64,000 nt of DNA from NCBI GenBank assembly GCA_002633005.1, contig NMRA01000875.1, forward strand, positions 47,557 through 111,556. The letters are read 5' to 3'. This document shows positions 40,850-54,900 of this stretch, one piece after another. The first letter of the stretch is position 1, and each line of letters begins with the position of its first letter. The notes beneath the pieces were generated by a model. That model did no database searches and was not told where the DNA came from. It was given only the letters and a program-made list of their open reading frames with translations. The position numbers and the translations under genes are program-made. The DNA is from Phoronis australis (lineage: Eukaryota; Animalia; Phoronida).

Positions 40850-42177
40850 CACTTGCAGTTTTAATTAAATAACTCCAGACATGTTCACATCCAAAGGTGT
40901 AGTGACTGGCACTTTACACATGACATTCTGTTGTTCACCTATTTTTTTTGTATTCAGTGCCAAGGGAGAAAACTTGAATCACTTGACATAATGGAATTCT
41001 GCACTTTTCATTTCATGCAAAACTATTTATTGAATAACGTAACCGACATTAGATGCAGCATTTTCCTAATGAAATTTGCTCAGCATGTTTCTCACGCGTG
41101 AATAAATCATTTGGTTTGGACATACAATGCCTCTCGAAATATTTTTACAGGAAATATTTCAATTGTTCAAGAACTTTAAGATTTGAACATTCCAAGCCTC
41201 GACCAAGTGGAGGAGTTTCCGCTTAGAGAGTGCCGCTTTAAGATTCGCGTTGACAACTAGCAAACCCAGTTTTGGCCAACTGAAACATACAACATTCCTA
41301 TCAAGGTCCTGGAAACAAAGTGATGCTCTGTAACCCTCAACAACCTTAAAAAATTTGGAGGGAAGTTTGCATTTCTTACAAAGTCTGCGAAATGGGCAAG
41401 TGTGGCCTACGTTTTAGGCGAGTTGCACGACAACGGCCCCCAAGAATCGCAGTACCCAATCTGTGACAAGGATTATGAGTTTTAGTTGAATCCTGTTTTT
41501 ATCACTCAAGCGGGACGTCAGTGACTTATTAGCTGATGGCTGACCGAGGATTGATTGGAATCAGCAAAATAGGTTAGGGTTTACTAATATTTTTTAAGAG
41601 CAAATGCTTTGAATTTGGGTCTGTGAACTTCAATTTTGAAGGTCGTGTGTGACGAGGGTGACTCCCTATCTCAGCGGTTTAAGTTCTCATGTATTGGGAA
41701 GCACCCCACGTCACCTAGGCATTATTGCCACGAATTCAAATGTTTATCATATTTAACATGAGTATGGTAGAGGACTTATTGACTGTTATTTACGCGAACA
41801 TGATATCCAAAAAGAGGTCACGGAGATCATTGAGTGACAGGGTATGACCCCCTTTGGTTATCACGTTTGTCACAAACTTAACGATTCATGGCAGTTGACG
41901 ATTCGAGGATGTTCGTTTTCTCTTTCACCGATCAGTTTGGTCCAGAACATAATCGCCATACTTCAGTGGTACATTTACTATAAAATATGTCTCTTGTGTT
42001 TCTTGACTGTTTTGTCACCAACATTCATCGTTATCTCATCTTTGTCATCATCTTCACCGCCATTGTGTTTCACTCAATTTCTCCAAGTTTTAATGTCAAG
42101 GGTTTGTTCCTGATGAATCAACATTTTTATCTTTCATCGTCATATGCTCGTGGTCATTTTTGTTTATATTTCAATTT

Positions 42178-42631
42178 CGCGTAAGTAAATAATGACATAT
42201 ATCTATCCATGGTTTCGGTTTATTACTCTAAACCATTGTCAAGGAAACAGTTCACAGACTCAAAACAGGTGACACAGGTAGCAACGAGACTCAGCAGGTA
42301 CATGTCAAAATGCATTGTGAGGGGGAGAGACCAGAAATCAAAACAGTTGGAGTTCAAATGAACCAATGTTTCTTTTGAGGTAACGCTCAGCATGGTTCAA
42401 CCATACATGCATAGCCTCCTTTATGAGGAGCCCCAGGGTGGCATAATCCTTGTCTAGCATCTGAACACCAGAGCAATCTATAGTGTGACCAGTTGTCAAG
42501 GAATGATTGAGAACAGCACTGTGTGTGTCTTTACCGTGTTCTTTGTCTTTGATGCTAAGAATCCTGTTCATCATTCCAATGTAAAATAAAGCGAAGCGTT
42601 GGATAGATATGTCGTTATTTACTTGTACGCG
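42178..42631. mobile_element. Inverted-repeat-bounded element carrying a Penelope-like GIY-YIG endonuclease fragment (- strand, 42338..42586)
   Basis: IRs CGCGTAAGTAAATAATGACATATATCTATCCA / TGGATAGATATGTCGTTATTTACTTGTACGCG. The translation FYIGMMNRILSIKDKEH...SAVLNH...GHTID...IKEAMHV...LKRNIG matches the pattern of the PLE GIY-YIG C-terminal half. Confidence 0.7.
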
Positions 42632-42844
42632 CTAATTTTAAAGTTCGTGCTTCTGTTCGGCCCTAAATCAAATGTAGACAGTTATAGTAAGTCATGTGAT
42701 CTGACGCAGCACTTTGGTACGATCTCTCAGAGTGTTTAAGCAGAAGATTTGCCGTTGTAACATTCACTCACGTAACCTTCCCAGCATTCTTGTGTTTGCT
42801 CAAAGACTGGCTTCTGTTATCATCCTATCTTCTGTTTACAGGTC

Positions 42845-42973
42845 ATGAAGGCCCTTATTCTAGTCGGTGGTTATGGGACCCGGTTGCGACCTTTAACCCT
42901 TAGCAGACCCAAGCCACTGGTCGAGTTCTGCAATAAACCCATGCTTTTCCACCAGGTGGAGGCCTTAGTGAAT
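42845..42973 (+). CDS. GMPPB: GMPPB coding exon 1 ([43 protein letters not shown])
   Basis: Nucleotidyltransferase signature [11 protein letters not shown]; GT donor at 42974. Confidence 0.96.
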
Positions 42974-45900
42974 GTGCGTATCGAAGACTAGAGTAATGTG
43001 AATGCATCGTTTACTTGCCAAAGTTCTATGTTATGTATTTTATTTAAAATGCTATTTTTCATCTCAAAGTCCCAACTAAATATTTTTATGTTTCATACAG
43101 TTTACTCCAAAAAGGGTCTACTGGACAATACTCACAAAATTAATCTCTTAGAACCTCCGAGACTTCGCACCTCCTTCAAAGGGAAGATGGTATGGAAGAT
43201 TGGGGCAGCAAACGCCGTCTCTTGCTCTTTCACAAGATCTCCTCTGGACACAATGAACAAGCTTCACCTTGTCTGTGAAGTGAGGGATTGAGTGATTTGA
43301 TGACAAGGTCAAATTCTTGCACAGAGAAAAAAATGGTTTCAGAGAGGTGTTCATTAGGCTTTGCTCATCAAATCACTTAATCCCTCGCTTAACAAACGAG
43401 TTGGAGCTCGGTTTAAAGTGTCATCTGCTTGGAATGAGAATTTATGTGAGGTTGCTAACCAGACGAGTTTTCGCGAGATAGCAAGAGATGACTGCTCCCG
43501 CCAATCTTCAGCACCATATTCCCATTTGAAGGAGGCGTGATGTCTCCGAGGTTCAGGTTTAATTTTGTGACTATTGTCTGGCAGAGCAGATTTAATTCAA
43601 GTACAATGAACTTTAACAACTACATTTTGTTAAATTAGGAACCAAATTAAAAAAGCTAAATTACTTAGTTTTCACGCTCAACCTTTTGTTTTAATCCCTA
43701 AAAGCTTTATCCAGACATTAAACCAATATACAATCAACAGTGTCAAGCACTAATAAAAGCTGGACAAACACAAGTATATTCAAACACAGCAGACTACCTT
43801 ATTAAATGCAAGGCAATAGCTTTGCTGCTGATTAACTGAATGAGCACTTTTGTTAGCCTGAATGGCCAATGACACTTTAGAGCTTAGCTCTGTCATAATG
43901 TTCTCTTGCAATGATGTCTACTGAATTGGCAAGATGTGTTTAAAGTAAAATGTTGAGCATAGAAGTTTTTATAGTTGGACTGATTTTTAAATTAATTTCG
44001 TTTCTGTAATTTGGCCAATTTTTGATTTAATATGAAATTATTAATAAGGGATCATCTGATGGGTATGAGTAACAAGGAATTGTGCATTGTCCTTTTTGAA
44101 GAGTGTAAAAGCATCAAAGTGAGCAAAGCAGATGCTGAAATTGACACTGCATGAATTTCGTCATCTGTTTTGGTGATTTTTACATATTTCTAAATCACAC
44201 CGGATAAGGAAAACTTAAACCTGTGTCAGTGGAAACTATTATATTTCATGAAAAGTGACTTAAGACAGAAATTTTGCTCCTATGTTGCGACTTCGCAGTT
44301 ACTGAATAAAGTTTTAGCTAAGTGATTTTGAGCACATCTCAGAATAGAAATAATGCATGAAAATTACATGAGTTACTACCCGTAAATGTGTAACTGCTCA
44401 GAGACTTTGAATTCCTGCTCAAGTGAGATCTAATTATTTTTCAGAAATAATTGTGGGGAGCATAAGGCCAAATTTCCATCATGAATCTTGAGTCTCTTTT
44501 CTTGAAACAGACCCCTGGCACTGACTGAATAGGGTTAATGTAGCTTTAACTTCTTGATTTTACAGGCTGGTGTAAAGGAAGTCGTTTTAGCTGTCAGCTA
44601 CAAGGCTGATGACTTAGAAAAAGAGTGCAGAGAAGAAGCCAAACGGGTAGGTGGGTCAAGTAGAGGTGGGGTCAGAAAGTGGTAGGTGGGTGGAGTTAAA
44701 GTGTGTGCATGCAGATCATCAAGGGTTTGTCGGACCTAATTGCCAACTTTGTACTTTTAGCCAAATTGCTACAAAACCATAGAACTTCCAATTCAAATTC
44801 TCCAATTTGGTACGGTGAAAAGTTCCAGACGTTGATGAAGGCAGTTACGACTGTTGGCTGAAGTAGTGAGGATGATAACATACCACTATCTGGTTGCAAA
44901 CTATCACGGTGAAAGTACATGTTCTGAAGGTAAAGAGCATGTAGAATTTGATTTTTACTTTTATGTGAGTCTTCAATCAGTTGGATCATGTGACCATGTC
45001 TGTATCAGAAATAAGTCAATTTTAAAAGGGACCGAGTTACCTTCACAGCCAAACAGTGATATTGATGATGTGACCAAATTTTGTTTGACATAAGTTTTCG
45101 GTATATCTCAAAAATGCAGTTTTTTCAAATTGTAGCTTCATTTTCGTTTTGTGTGGAACTTTTAATTTTTTGTAAAACTCATAAAAGTCATATTTTTATA
45201 ATCCCTCATTCTGAAATAGAAAAATTTAAGGTTGTGTGGTTCTTTGCTGACATGTCTGCATGTCTTGCCAAATATCTACAAAATCTTATGCTTTAACTCA
45301 ATAAAAATTTTTAAGAAGTAGAAGGTGTGTAGAATTCAATTTTTGACTTAAGTTTGTACCAATCTGCCAGCAACTGGGTCATACGACTTATTTTTTTTCA
45401 TAAAAATCACGAAAGTCGTAATTGTGGTAGTGCTTCAAGGAATGGTGCAGGAAGCATGTCAGCCAGTTATAAGTAATGACGTTTTGAAATTTGCAAAATT
45501 TGCAGATTTTTGTAGGGCCCTACCTTACTTTATAAACAATTCCTAGTGTGTTTTGAGGAAGAGTGTATTAAACATACTATCTGACAGATCGGGCATTCCT
45601 GAGATCTGATGTTCTGCAGTTAGCCAAGTTTTTTTTACATTTCTAGGGTCCTACATAGGTTCGGTTTTGTTTAATTTGTAACATGTGTTTGTACTGTTTT
45701 CTTATCCTGCGAGTAACTGCTGTTTAAGTTGGTAATTGCATGCTGAATCTTTTTTCTTTTTCGCAATCTTATGAAAATATTAAAGCTGATGACGTACTTG
45801 TCGAATGTATCAGTTTAACACAGATTTTTTTACTTTTCTTGCTTTTTGGACAGACTTTGAAGAGTTTTTGTGGGTTTCAAACCTCGTGTGGCTAAAAACC

Positions 45901-48900
45901 TGCCTTCTGTGACAAGAACGAATTTTTCATTGTCACTACTTACTGCTATGAAATTGTTCTTACCGTAAATGGTTCCATGAGCAGTGCTGTAGTGGTAAAA
46001 TTAGAGGTGCCCAAAGCCCACCCGTATCACCTTGAGCACTGAACGTAACTTACAGTGTAGGCGCTACGTTCAAATGCCAAAGGGTGCTTGGCTGCGCCTA
46101 TGCGCCACTACAGCACTGTCCATAAGCTTGGACGAACTGAGTTTGTCATTGCTCAAGACTATGCCCTACATGTTGACCTGTCGTGTAGTGTCATTGCTCA
46201 AGACTATGCCCTACATGTTGACCTGTCGTGTAGTGTCATTGCTCAAGACTATGCCCTACATGTTGACCTGTCGTGTAGTGTCATTGCTCAAGACTCTGCC
46301 CTACTTGTTGACCTGTCGTGTAGTGTCATTGCTCAAGACTATGCCCTACATGTTGACCTGTTGTGTAGTGTCATTTCATTGGTCATGCATGCTCTGGAGC
46401 AGTAACAAACTTTAAGTTCTTTCAGGGCCCTTGTTCATCTGAGGGGAAAGGTGCGTGTGCCTTCTGAGAGCGGAGTTATTGGGTTTAGAGGAGAACTACC
46501 TTCGGATTACCATCAATATTATCCCTATCCTGTTGCAAGCCCTCATAGGCTCTGCCTCAATTAGACAAAACTGACTTTTTGCGGTCTTTCAGATTGTCAT
46601 GAGTGTGGGTTACAAGTGACTCGAACCTCGAGGGGAATTTTTCAGTCACTTGAGGGCAACTTTTGGGCCTCAAGAGTCAAAGTTTGCGGATTTTTCAATA
46701 TCGTTTAGGGGGGACTGGATCCAATATTCTGGCCCCAAATCAAGGAATTGAAGGCCCTGTTTTTGTAGGACCAAAAATCTTACTCAAATAAGGAACAAGC
46801 TGAAAACTGAGAAAAACTTGTGGACGAAATAAAATTTAGTTTCTTAAGGGGAACACGGGTTCATTGTCACTTGAACTATAACTCACACCTAATATCGGTA
46901 GTATACATTGAACTACCCAGCCTTGTCTTCACCGGTTTAGTTACACGTGGGGACAAAGTGTGGTTTGACTGGTTTCCACTAGGTTTGCACATGTTTATTC
47001 TCAGTTCTTCGACAAGTTGTTCTCGGGATTGGTACAGAAGAGAGATATAGATATCCGAGATCCATACCAAACTCAATATTATTGAATAATTGTCGAAGTT
47101 GCCTTCATGCCAGTTAACTCAAATGTATTCATTTGCTAAAATTTTCTCAATTTCACCTTGTACAGCTGCACAATATAGTGTGTAATTGTTGGATAATAAA
47201 AGATTTTCATTGTCCCCGTTATCTTGTCTTATAAGTCCAGTGATTTCAGAATCTTACCATAGCTGCTTTATACTGTTTGTAGATAACTGTGCACTCTGCC
47301 ACATGGTTTTATTTATAAATTCTTGTTCCGCACAGCTTGGGGTTGAGATTACTATTTCCCATGAGACTGTTCCCTTGGGTACTGCCGGACCGCTGGCTCT
47401 GGCACGGAAAATACTTGCATCAGATCCCGACCCGTTCTTCGTATTGAACAGCGATGTCATCTGCGACTTCCCATTTGAGAATATGATCAAATTCCATAAG
47501 CACCATGGCAAAGAAGGGACCATCGTGGTGAGTGCAAAACTTGCAGTATTGTTCATCAGCTGTAAGATAATCATTATTTGATATATGCTTGCTTGTATTA
47601 CCTCTGCCAAGTTTAAGCTGGCAGGACATTTACACTTTCTTGTTCCTGTGCCACTCACAGATAATTGTATAGGCGTGTTATTGCAAATATAGCTCTTCGT
47701 TTTTACGCATCCACATATTTATGTGTTGTTGCATGTTGCCGTCATTTCTGTCTGGGCGTCCGGCATCCACGTTCTCCGAAACCCCTTGCAGGATATTATT
47801 GAAATTTAGCAGGTGTGTTCCTATGTGGCTGACAACGGGTGACGACGAGTTTCGGACCGACCTGAATTCTGTTGTGCCCCCTGGTTTAGCTTTTACATTT
47901 GCCTCTGTATCTTCAAAGTTCCTTGACGGATTTTTATGAAATTTGGCAAATACGTTTTTAATACTGAGGCAGTGATGCCATTCTATGTTTAGCCAGATTC
48001 GACACATTTTATGCCACCTTGTGGACATTGTTATTTTGGACATTGTTATTTTTGTGTCAGTTTTCTGTCGTCTGCCTCTCTATATGCCATACTGCTCAAA
48101 GGATCTTTATAAAAATTTACAGATGTGTTTCTGAGAGAAGGCAATGATTGACATTGACTTTCGGATGGGTTCGATTACTGTGTTGCCCCTAGTGGACATT
48201 TTTTGTGTGTCTGCGGCCGAATATTCGTAACGCTTTATCGATCTGATCCAGATACCACTGTGCAGTGTGCCCCCTAGTGGCAAAATGTTCGTTTGGCTCT
48301 ATTTCTTTAGATTTCAGTAATGTATTTTCATGAAATTCAGCAAATAGGTTTCTATTAATGAGATGACAATGCCTTTCCATTTTCGGACAGATTTGGTATT
48401 TTTGATGGTGGACATTTTTGTCAGTTTTGCATCAGTTATCTGGCATCCACTTCCCTATCTGCCTTACCGCTTAAAGGATTATTATGAGAATTAACAGAAA
48501 AGTGTTCTTGATTCGAAGGCTATGACTTAAGTTGACTTTCGGACAGGTCCAAGTGCTGTGTCACCTCCTAGTGGAGATTTTGTTTTTTTGTGCATCTGCT
48601 ACCGAATCTCCTTAATCCTTTGAAGAAGCTTTGTGAAATTTGAAAGAAGTGTCCCTATGGAGACATCGACAAACAGTAACGAGTGTCGAACTGATCAATA
48701 TACCACTGTGCCCCCTAGTGGCAAAATGTTTTGTCTTTGTATCTTCACAGTTCGTGAATGTATTTTCATGTCATTTAGTAGATAGGTTTCTATTGAGGAT
48801 TCGACAATGGCTTGCCGTTTTCGGACAGATTTGATGTGTTCTGCGCCACCTGGTGGTGATTCAAGAATTTCGCGTATAGTTTAACGTCTTTCTCTCTAGG

Positions 48901-51900
48901 TGTCAAACCACTGAAAGGACGATTATGTGTTCCTGATGTGAAAACCCTGGTCGATGTTCATTTTCGCATGTTTTTAAATATTCTGGCACTCCTTAAGAAC
49001 AATTTTGCTCTTTTGCATCTACAGCTGTACCTCCTTAACTCTTTGAAGGATCTTTGCGAAATTTGTCAGATGAGCTTCTATAGTATAGAGATGGCAACTG
49101 ATGACGATGAGCTTCAGTATAGCTGTGCCCCCTTGTGTGAATTTTTTTTTACCTTTGCCTCCTTGCCTTATTATATTTTCATGAAATTTAGTAAATGGTT
49201 GTGTTTTACAGAGGCGACGCTACCTTCTCAGTTGCGATGAGTTTGACGTATTCTGTGCCATCTAATGACCATTTTATGACCCCAAAAACACCCATAGACG
49301 CACACTGTTTGCGGTGCTGTCGTAGGCATATTTCAACTCTCCGCATTGTCCTTGTTAAGTACAAGGCAGTGCACGATCATTTTTTTTAATGAAAAGTGGC
49401 TTAAGACAGAAATTTGGTTTTGCACTCCCACTTCACAAGCACTGTATAAGTGTTTAGCTATGCTATTATGAGCGCATCACAATCACTGTATTAGTGTTTA
49501 GCTATACTATTATGAGCGCATCACAATCACTGTATTAGTGTTTAGCTATACTATTATGAGCGCATCACAATCACTGTATTAGTGTTTAGCTATACTATTA
49601 TGAGCGCATCACAATCACTGTATTAGTGTTTAGCTATGTTATTATGAGTGCATCACAATCACTGTATTAGTGTTTAGCTATACTATTATGAGCGCATCAC
49701 AATCACTGTATTAGTGTTTAGCTATGCTATTATGAGTGCATCACAATCACTGTATAAGTGTTTAGCTATATTATTATGAGCGCATCACAATCACTGTGTA
49801 AGTGTTTAGCTATGTTATTATGAGTGCATCACAATCACTGTGTTAGTGTTTAGCTATGTTTTTATGAGTGCATCACAATCACTGTATTAGTGTTTAGCTA
49901 TATTATTATGAGTGCATCACAATCACTGTGTAAGTGTTTAGCTATACTATTATGAGCGCATCACAATCACTGTGTAAGTGTTTAGCTATACTATTATGAG
50001 TGCATCACAATCACTGTGTAAGTGTTTATCTATGCTATTATGAGCGCATCACAATCACTGTGTAAGTGTTTAGCTATGTTATTATGAGTGCATCACAATC
50101 ACTGTGTTAGTGTTTAGCTATGTTATTATGAGCGCATCACAATCACTGTATAAGTGTTTAGCTATGTTATTATGAGTGCATCACAATCACTGTATTAGTG
50201 TTTAGCTATGCTATTATGAGCGCATCACAATCACTGTATTAGTGTTTATCTATGCTATTATGAGTGCATCACAAACTAGAAGTAATTTATAAAACTTTTT
50301 TCAGTAATAGCTTATATGTGTATATTTTGCACTCTTGCTCAAGTGAGATATATTTTTTTAAAGAAATTGTTGAATGGAGTGTAAGATCAAATTTCTGACT
50401 TAAGTCTTCAGCCACTTTTCATTAATCAGACCCCAGACCACATTGACATGCAACAACTGTCTTTACAAATCACTGTCTGCTAGTTTACCATGTCCTTAAA
50501 GCCTTAGGTGCCACAGTCTTACCTATGACTGAACACTACCTTTAATGAGCAGGTCCCGGCGGATTGTATTTTTGAAATGCCCCCCTAGCTCTTAACATTT
50601 AAGTCTGTGAAGTTTCATTTTCAACAGCCACTTGACGTGCAACTACCAAGCAAAATATTGATGGAATTTAGAAATTACATACCATTTCTTAGCAATGGGT
50701 AAACGATCTCTGTAACTTTTGAGAAATAAAGTTCACTACATGTGTGCATTCACAAGGTCATTATAAAGGAACAGAAAGTCCACACTGACCATAAAATTAA
50801 GTTTGGTCATGTGACAAACACTGACACTAAACGTGAAATTTGGAAGGAATTATGAGCTGGTCATTTATCTGAACGCAGGTGTTAACTAGGGCGTGTACGG
50901 TCAGTTATTAAAGCTCTAGCCAGGGTTAACGGACTTGATGCTGCCTCTTTGTTTAAATTTGACTGCTGTTCCTTTGCTGATGGGTGTGTGGGTACTTGAA
51001 TTGCAATTTTGTTGTTTAGGTGACTAAGGTAGACGAACCTTCCAAATACGGTGTAGTCGTGTACCAGGCAGAGACCAATCAAATCGAGCGATTTGTGGAG
51101 AAGCCGCAAGAATTTGTGTCTAATAAAATCAATGCCGGCCTCTACATATTCAATACATCCATACTTGACAGAATTGAGGTAAAGTTTAGTCTCTAAGCAA
51201 TGGTGAAGGACTAGAACACTATTACTGTTTGTGTTGTGGTTTTTATACGTGTTGTCAACTTCGTGAATACACACTAATTAATCCTGACCAGTTGTCGCCA
51301 CGTTGCAGCATTCTAGTGAGGCTTTCGAACTTGGCAGGCAATGACACTTGAATTTTAGACTGCTACCCTCAAATCATATTGCCTCTCTCGCTTTCTTTGC
51401 TGTCACGCTCAAAATTTCAAAGACCCTTAAAGATATTAATAAATTCTATACGCTTGAAAACATAATACGTAACGTTGTCCACAAAGGCAAAAGATTTATC
51501 ACTTAGAAAAATGTTTTGGCACATTCAGGTACCAGTTGCCAGTGGCATGAAACAGTCCCAAAAAGCTGTAGACTAAATATTCTAATAACTAAAGTGTTTT
51601 GGACATTTATGGTCTAATTTACTCACAAATGTTTCGTTTTCCTGTTACGTTATTTTTATTAAGAGCTCCTCTTTTACTGACGTCATTGTCCTGAAAACTG
51701 AGCCCTTATTTCATTGACAACAAAAAGGTACTTAAAATTCTTATATTAGGGGCATTGCAATAGCATGAATTTTAGTCACCTACGAAAATGCTAATAACAT
51801 TTTTTCCTTAATCTCCTTCCTTGGTATTGCATAAATAATGGCAATGGAAAAATCACAACTGCACCTTAGTCTAGTTTTACCTTTCTTTCAGGAAAAACCA

Positions 51901-54900
51901 ACATCGATCGAGAAAGAAATATTTCCAGATATGGCTCAGGAAAAGAATCTTTATGCTTTTGAACTTGAAGGTTAGTTCTGGAAGCTTATGTCAGAACTCT
52001 TGTTGAATGAGTTTTTCTGACTTGTGCATTACATTCTGTTGCTTAAATCTAGAGTACAGGGGTGGATTCCTTGGTAACTTGAACTTAGCACCAGTTGTGT
52101 GATCCAAGGTTTGATGAGCAATTCTATATTTTGCAACTCGGTTTTTCAATATAATTTTAGCACACTCTGGCTTTATCACTTTCAAGCGAGACATTAGAGA
52201 TGCGCGGATATTGCACATGTTTGTACAAGAAACTCATGAGTTGCTGGACTTGACGCGCTAGTGTTGTGGGAAGTCATAGATCACACTGATGTCTGTGGAG
52301 TTAAGATACTTTTCTTCCATTTTCTCAATTGTGGAATTCTGAATTCATGGTTTGAATTATGCAGTACTGTGAAGGAAGGTTTAGTGATTCTGACAATTAC
52401 GTCACGTCAAAACTAGGTAAATGGATTTTAAAGCACTAAACATAATTTAATGGAGTCATTTAATGGGATAGTTGTCATTTTTAGACATTAAAGTCAATTG
52501 AAGTGCAAGTCCCCTGCAGTGTCATTGATTCACTGAGTGGTCGAAATCAAAGGATTGGGTTTTTTGTGATAGAAGACGGATTTATAAGTGCTTAACTATG
52601 TGCATTCTGAATGATTTGAGCAGTTGATTTAAAGCAGTCGGATTTGTTTGGGACGTGGCCTTGCTTGAGCAATAACCTTTTACTTTTTGACCTCGGCAGG
52701 TTTCTGGATGGATGTGGGTCAGCCGAAGGATTTCTTAACAGGAATGTGCATGCAACTGTCATCGATGAAGAAACGTTCCCAGGAATTGCACCCCGTAGAT
52801 GAGGAGAAGGGGTTCTATGAAAATGTTCTTGTGGTGAGTCGTATTGCATGTTGTTGGTACTCAAATGTGGCTTTCAGCAGCGGTACCGTTTGGAGCATTG
52901 GTATAGTTTTACTGCGGGAATTACGGATGGAAGGGTACTGGAGAGCAACTCATTGACCACGGTGATGGTGATGGCTTATGATAATCAGTGCAGGATTTGG
53001 TAACCTTAGATTGTGTTTGGCGACCCGGGAAATCCCAAATCAGCACAGGAAATATCAAAGTCAGACAATAATTCCCCCGAAATCCATTTCAAAGTTTGTG
53101 GTGACTTCCAGACTTAAAATTACTAACACTGTTCCTAGATTTAATACCTCCGGGATTTTTGCCAACAGCTAAATGGGACTGGCTGTCAAGCTAAGTGTGG
53201 AGCACTGATAGTAATAATAATAACAGTAACAGGAACTGTAACAATTATAATAAAAGAAGCTACATTTCAAGGCACAGTGGTAAGTGCCTGGTGCCTACCT
53301 ACAGAAACACATCATAGTTGCAGGTTGGGAAATACAATGTACTGCTTAGTGTGTTGTGATGTGAGACCTCTGTTTTTGCTCTGCTCCTTGAGCACTAGCA
53401 GATTTGTGTGCTTACTTTGACTGTGTTGGCAGTCTTGTTTTAGGCTGCTTTTTAGTGTTTTGCAAACATTTGGCGATCATCATTGTCATGGTTCATATAG
53501 GCATGAAAAGACCTCAAATTTTGATCCCCAGCCTTAAAGTGACCTTAAATTGGAATTCAGTCTTGAAGTGACCTAAATTTAAACCATTGGCTTTGAAAAT
53601 CTCTCATTCTGGCCTAACTGAATTCTGTTTGTCAGTAGTACATAATGTTTTTAGATCATTTCCCAAAGGCCACGGAAGAAAATATTGATAGTTTTGAAAT
53701 ACTTTTGTCGGCATTTCTCTTCAACTGTGTAAAAACTAGTAATCAGAAGTAAGCAGAATAACCTCATAGTTCAGCATGTCTCTACAATTCAGTTGTGCAT
53801 TTCTGGCACTTCAGTGGTACTCTTCCATGCAGGTTAAAGGCGAAGGCAACCTTTTTTCATGTCACTTTGAGCTAAAATAAGGTTGGTTGGTTATCCTAGT
53901 CATATTTTCCACTTAATTACAGCTTTTCGTAATTTTATTAATTACTCGTCCTCTACTCCGGAAGTGACGTTTTAGGAGGCAAGCNTAAACATAATTTAAT
54001 GGAGTCATTTAATGGGATAGTTGTCATTTTTAGACATTAAAGTCAATTGAAGTGCAAGTCCCCTGCAGTGTCATTGATTCACTGAGTGGTCGAAATCAAA
54101 GGATTGGGTTTTTTGTGATAGAAGACGGATTTATAAGTGCTTAACTATGTGCATTCTGAATGATTTGAGCAGTTGATTTAAAGCAGTCGGATTTGTTTGG
54201 GACGTGGCCTTGCTTGAGCAATAACCTTTTACTTTTTGACCTCGGCAGGTTTCTGGATGGATGTGGGTCAGCCGAAGGATTTCTTAACAGGAATGTGCAT
54301 GCAACTGTCATCGATGAAGAAACGTTCCCAGGAATTGCACCCCGTAGATGAGGAGAAGGGGTTCTATGAAAATGTTCTTGTGGTGAGTCGTATTGCATGT
54401 TGTTGGTACTCAAATGTGGCTTTCAGCAGCGGTACCGTTTGGAGCATTGGTATAGTTTTACTGCGGGAATTACGGATGGAAGGGTACTGGAGAGCAACTC
54501 ATTGACCACGGTGATGGTGATGGCTTATGATAATCAGTGCAGGATTTGGTAACCTTAGATTGTGTTTGGCAACCCGGGAAATCCCAAATCAGCACAGGAA
54601 ATATCAAAGTCAGACAATAATAAGTTTGTGGTGACTTCCAGACTTTAAATTACTAACACTGTTCCTAGATTTAATACCTCCGGGATTTTTGCCAACAGCT
54701 AAATGGGACTGGCTGTCAAGCTGAGTGTGGAGCACTGATAGTAATAATAATAACAGGAACTGTAACAATTATAATAAAAGAAGCTACATCTCAAGGCACA
54801 GTGGTAAGTGCCTGGTGCCTACCTACAGAAACACATCATAGTTGCAGGTTGGGAAATACAATGTACTGCTTAGTGTGTGGTGATGTGAGACCTCTGTTTT

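Noticed and set aside
46032-46415. Repetitive ORFs ([15 protein letters not shown])n and ([15 protein letters not shown])n
   Set aside because: They are open only because the 45-bp unit is a multiple of 3 without stops; they are intronic with no splice support.
49437-50272. Regular ~44-bp array resembling a CRISPR array
   Set aside because: There are no unique spacers and no cas genes, and the context is a eukaryotic intron; it is a plain minisatellite.
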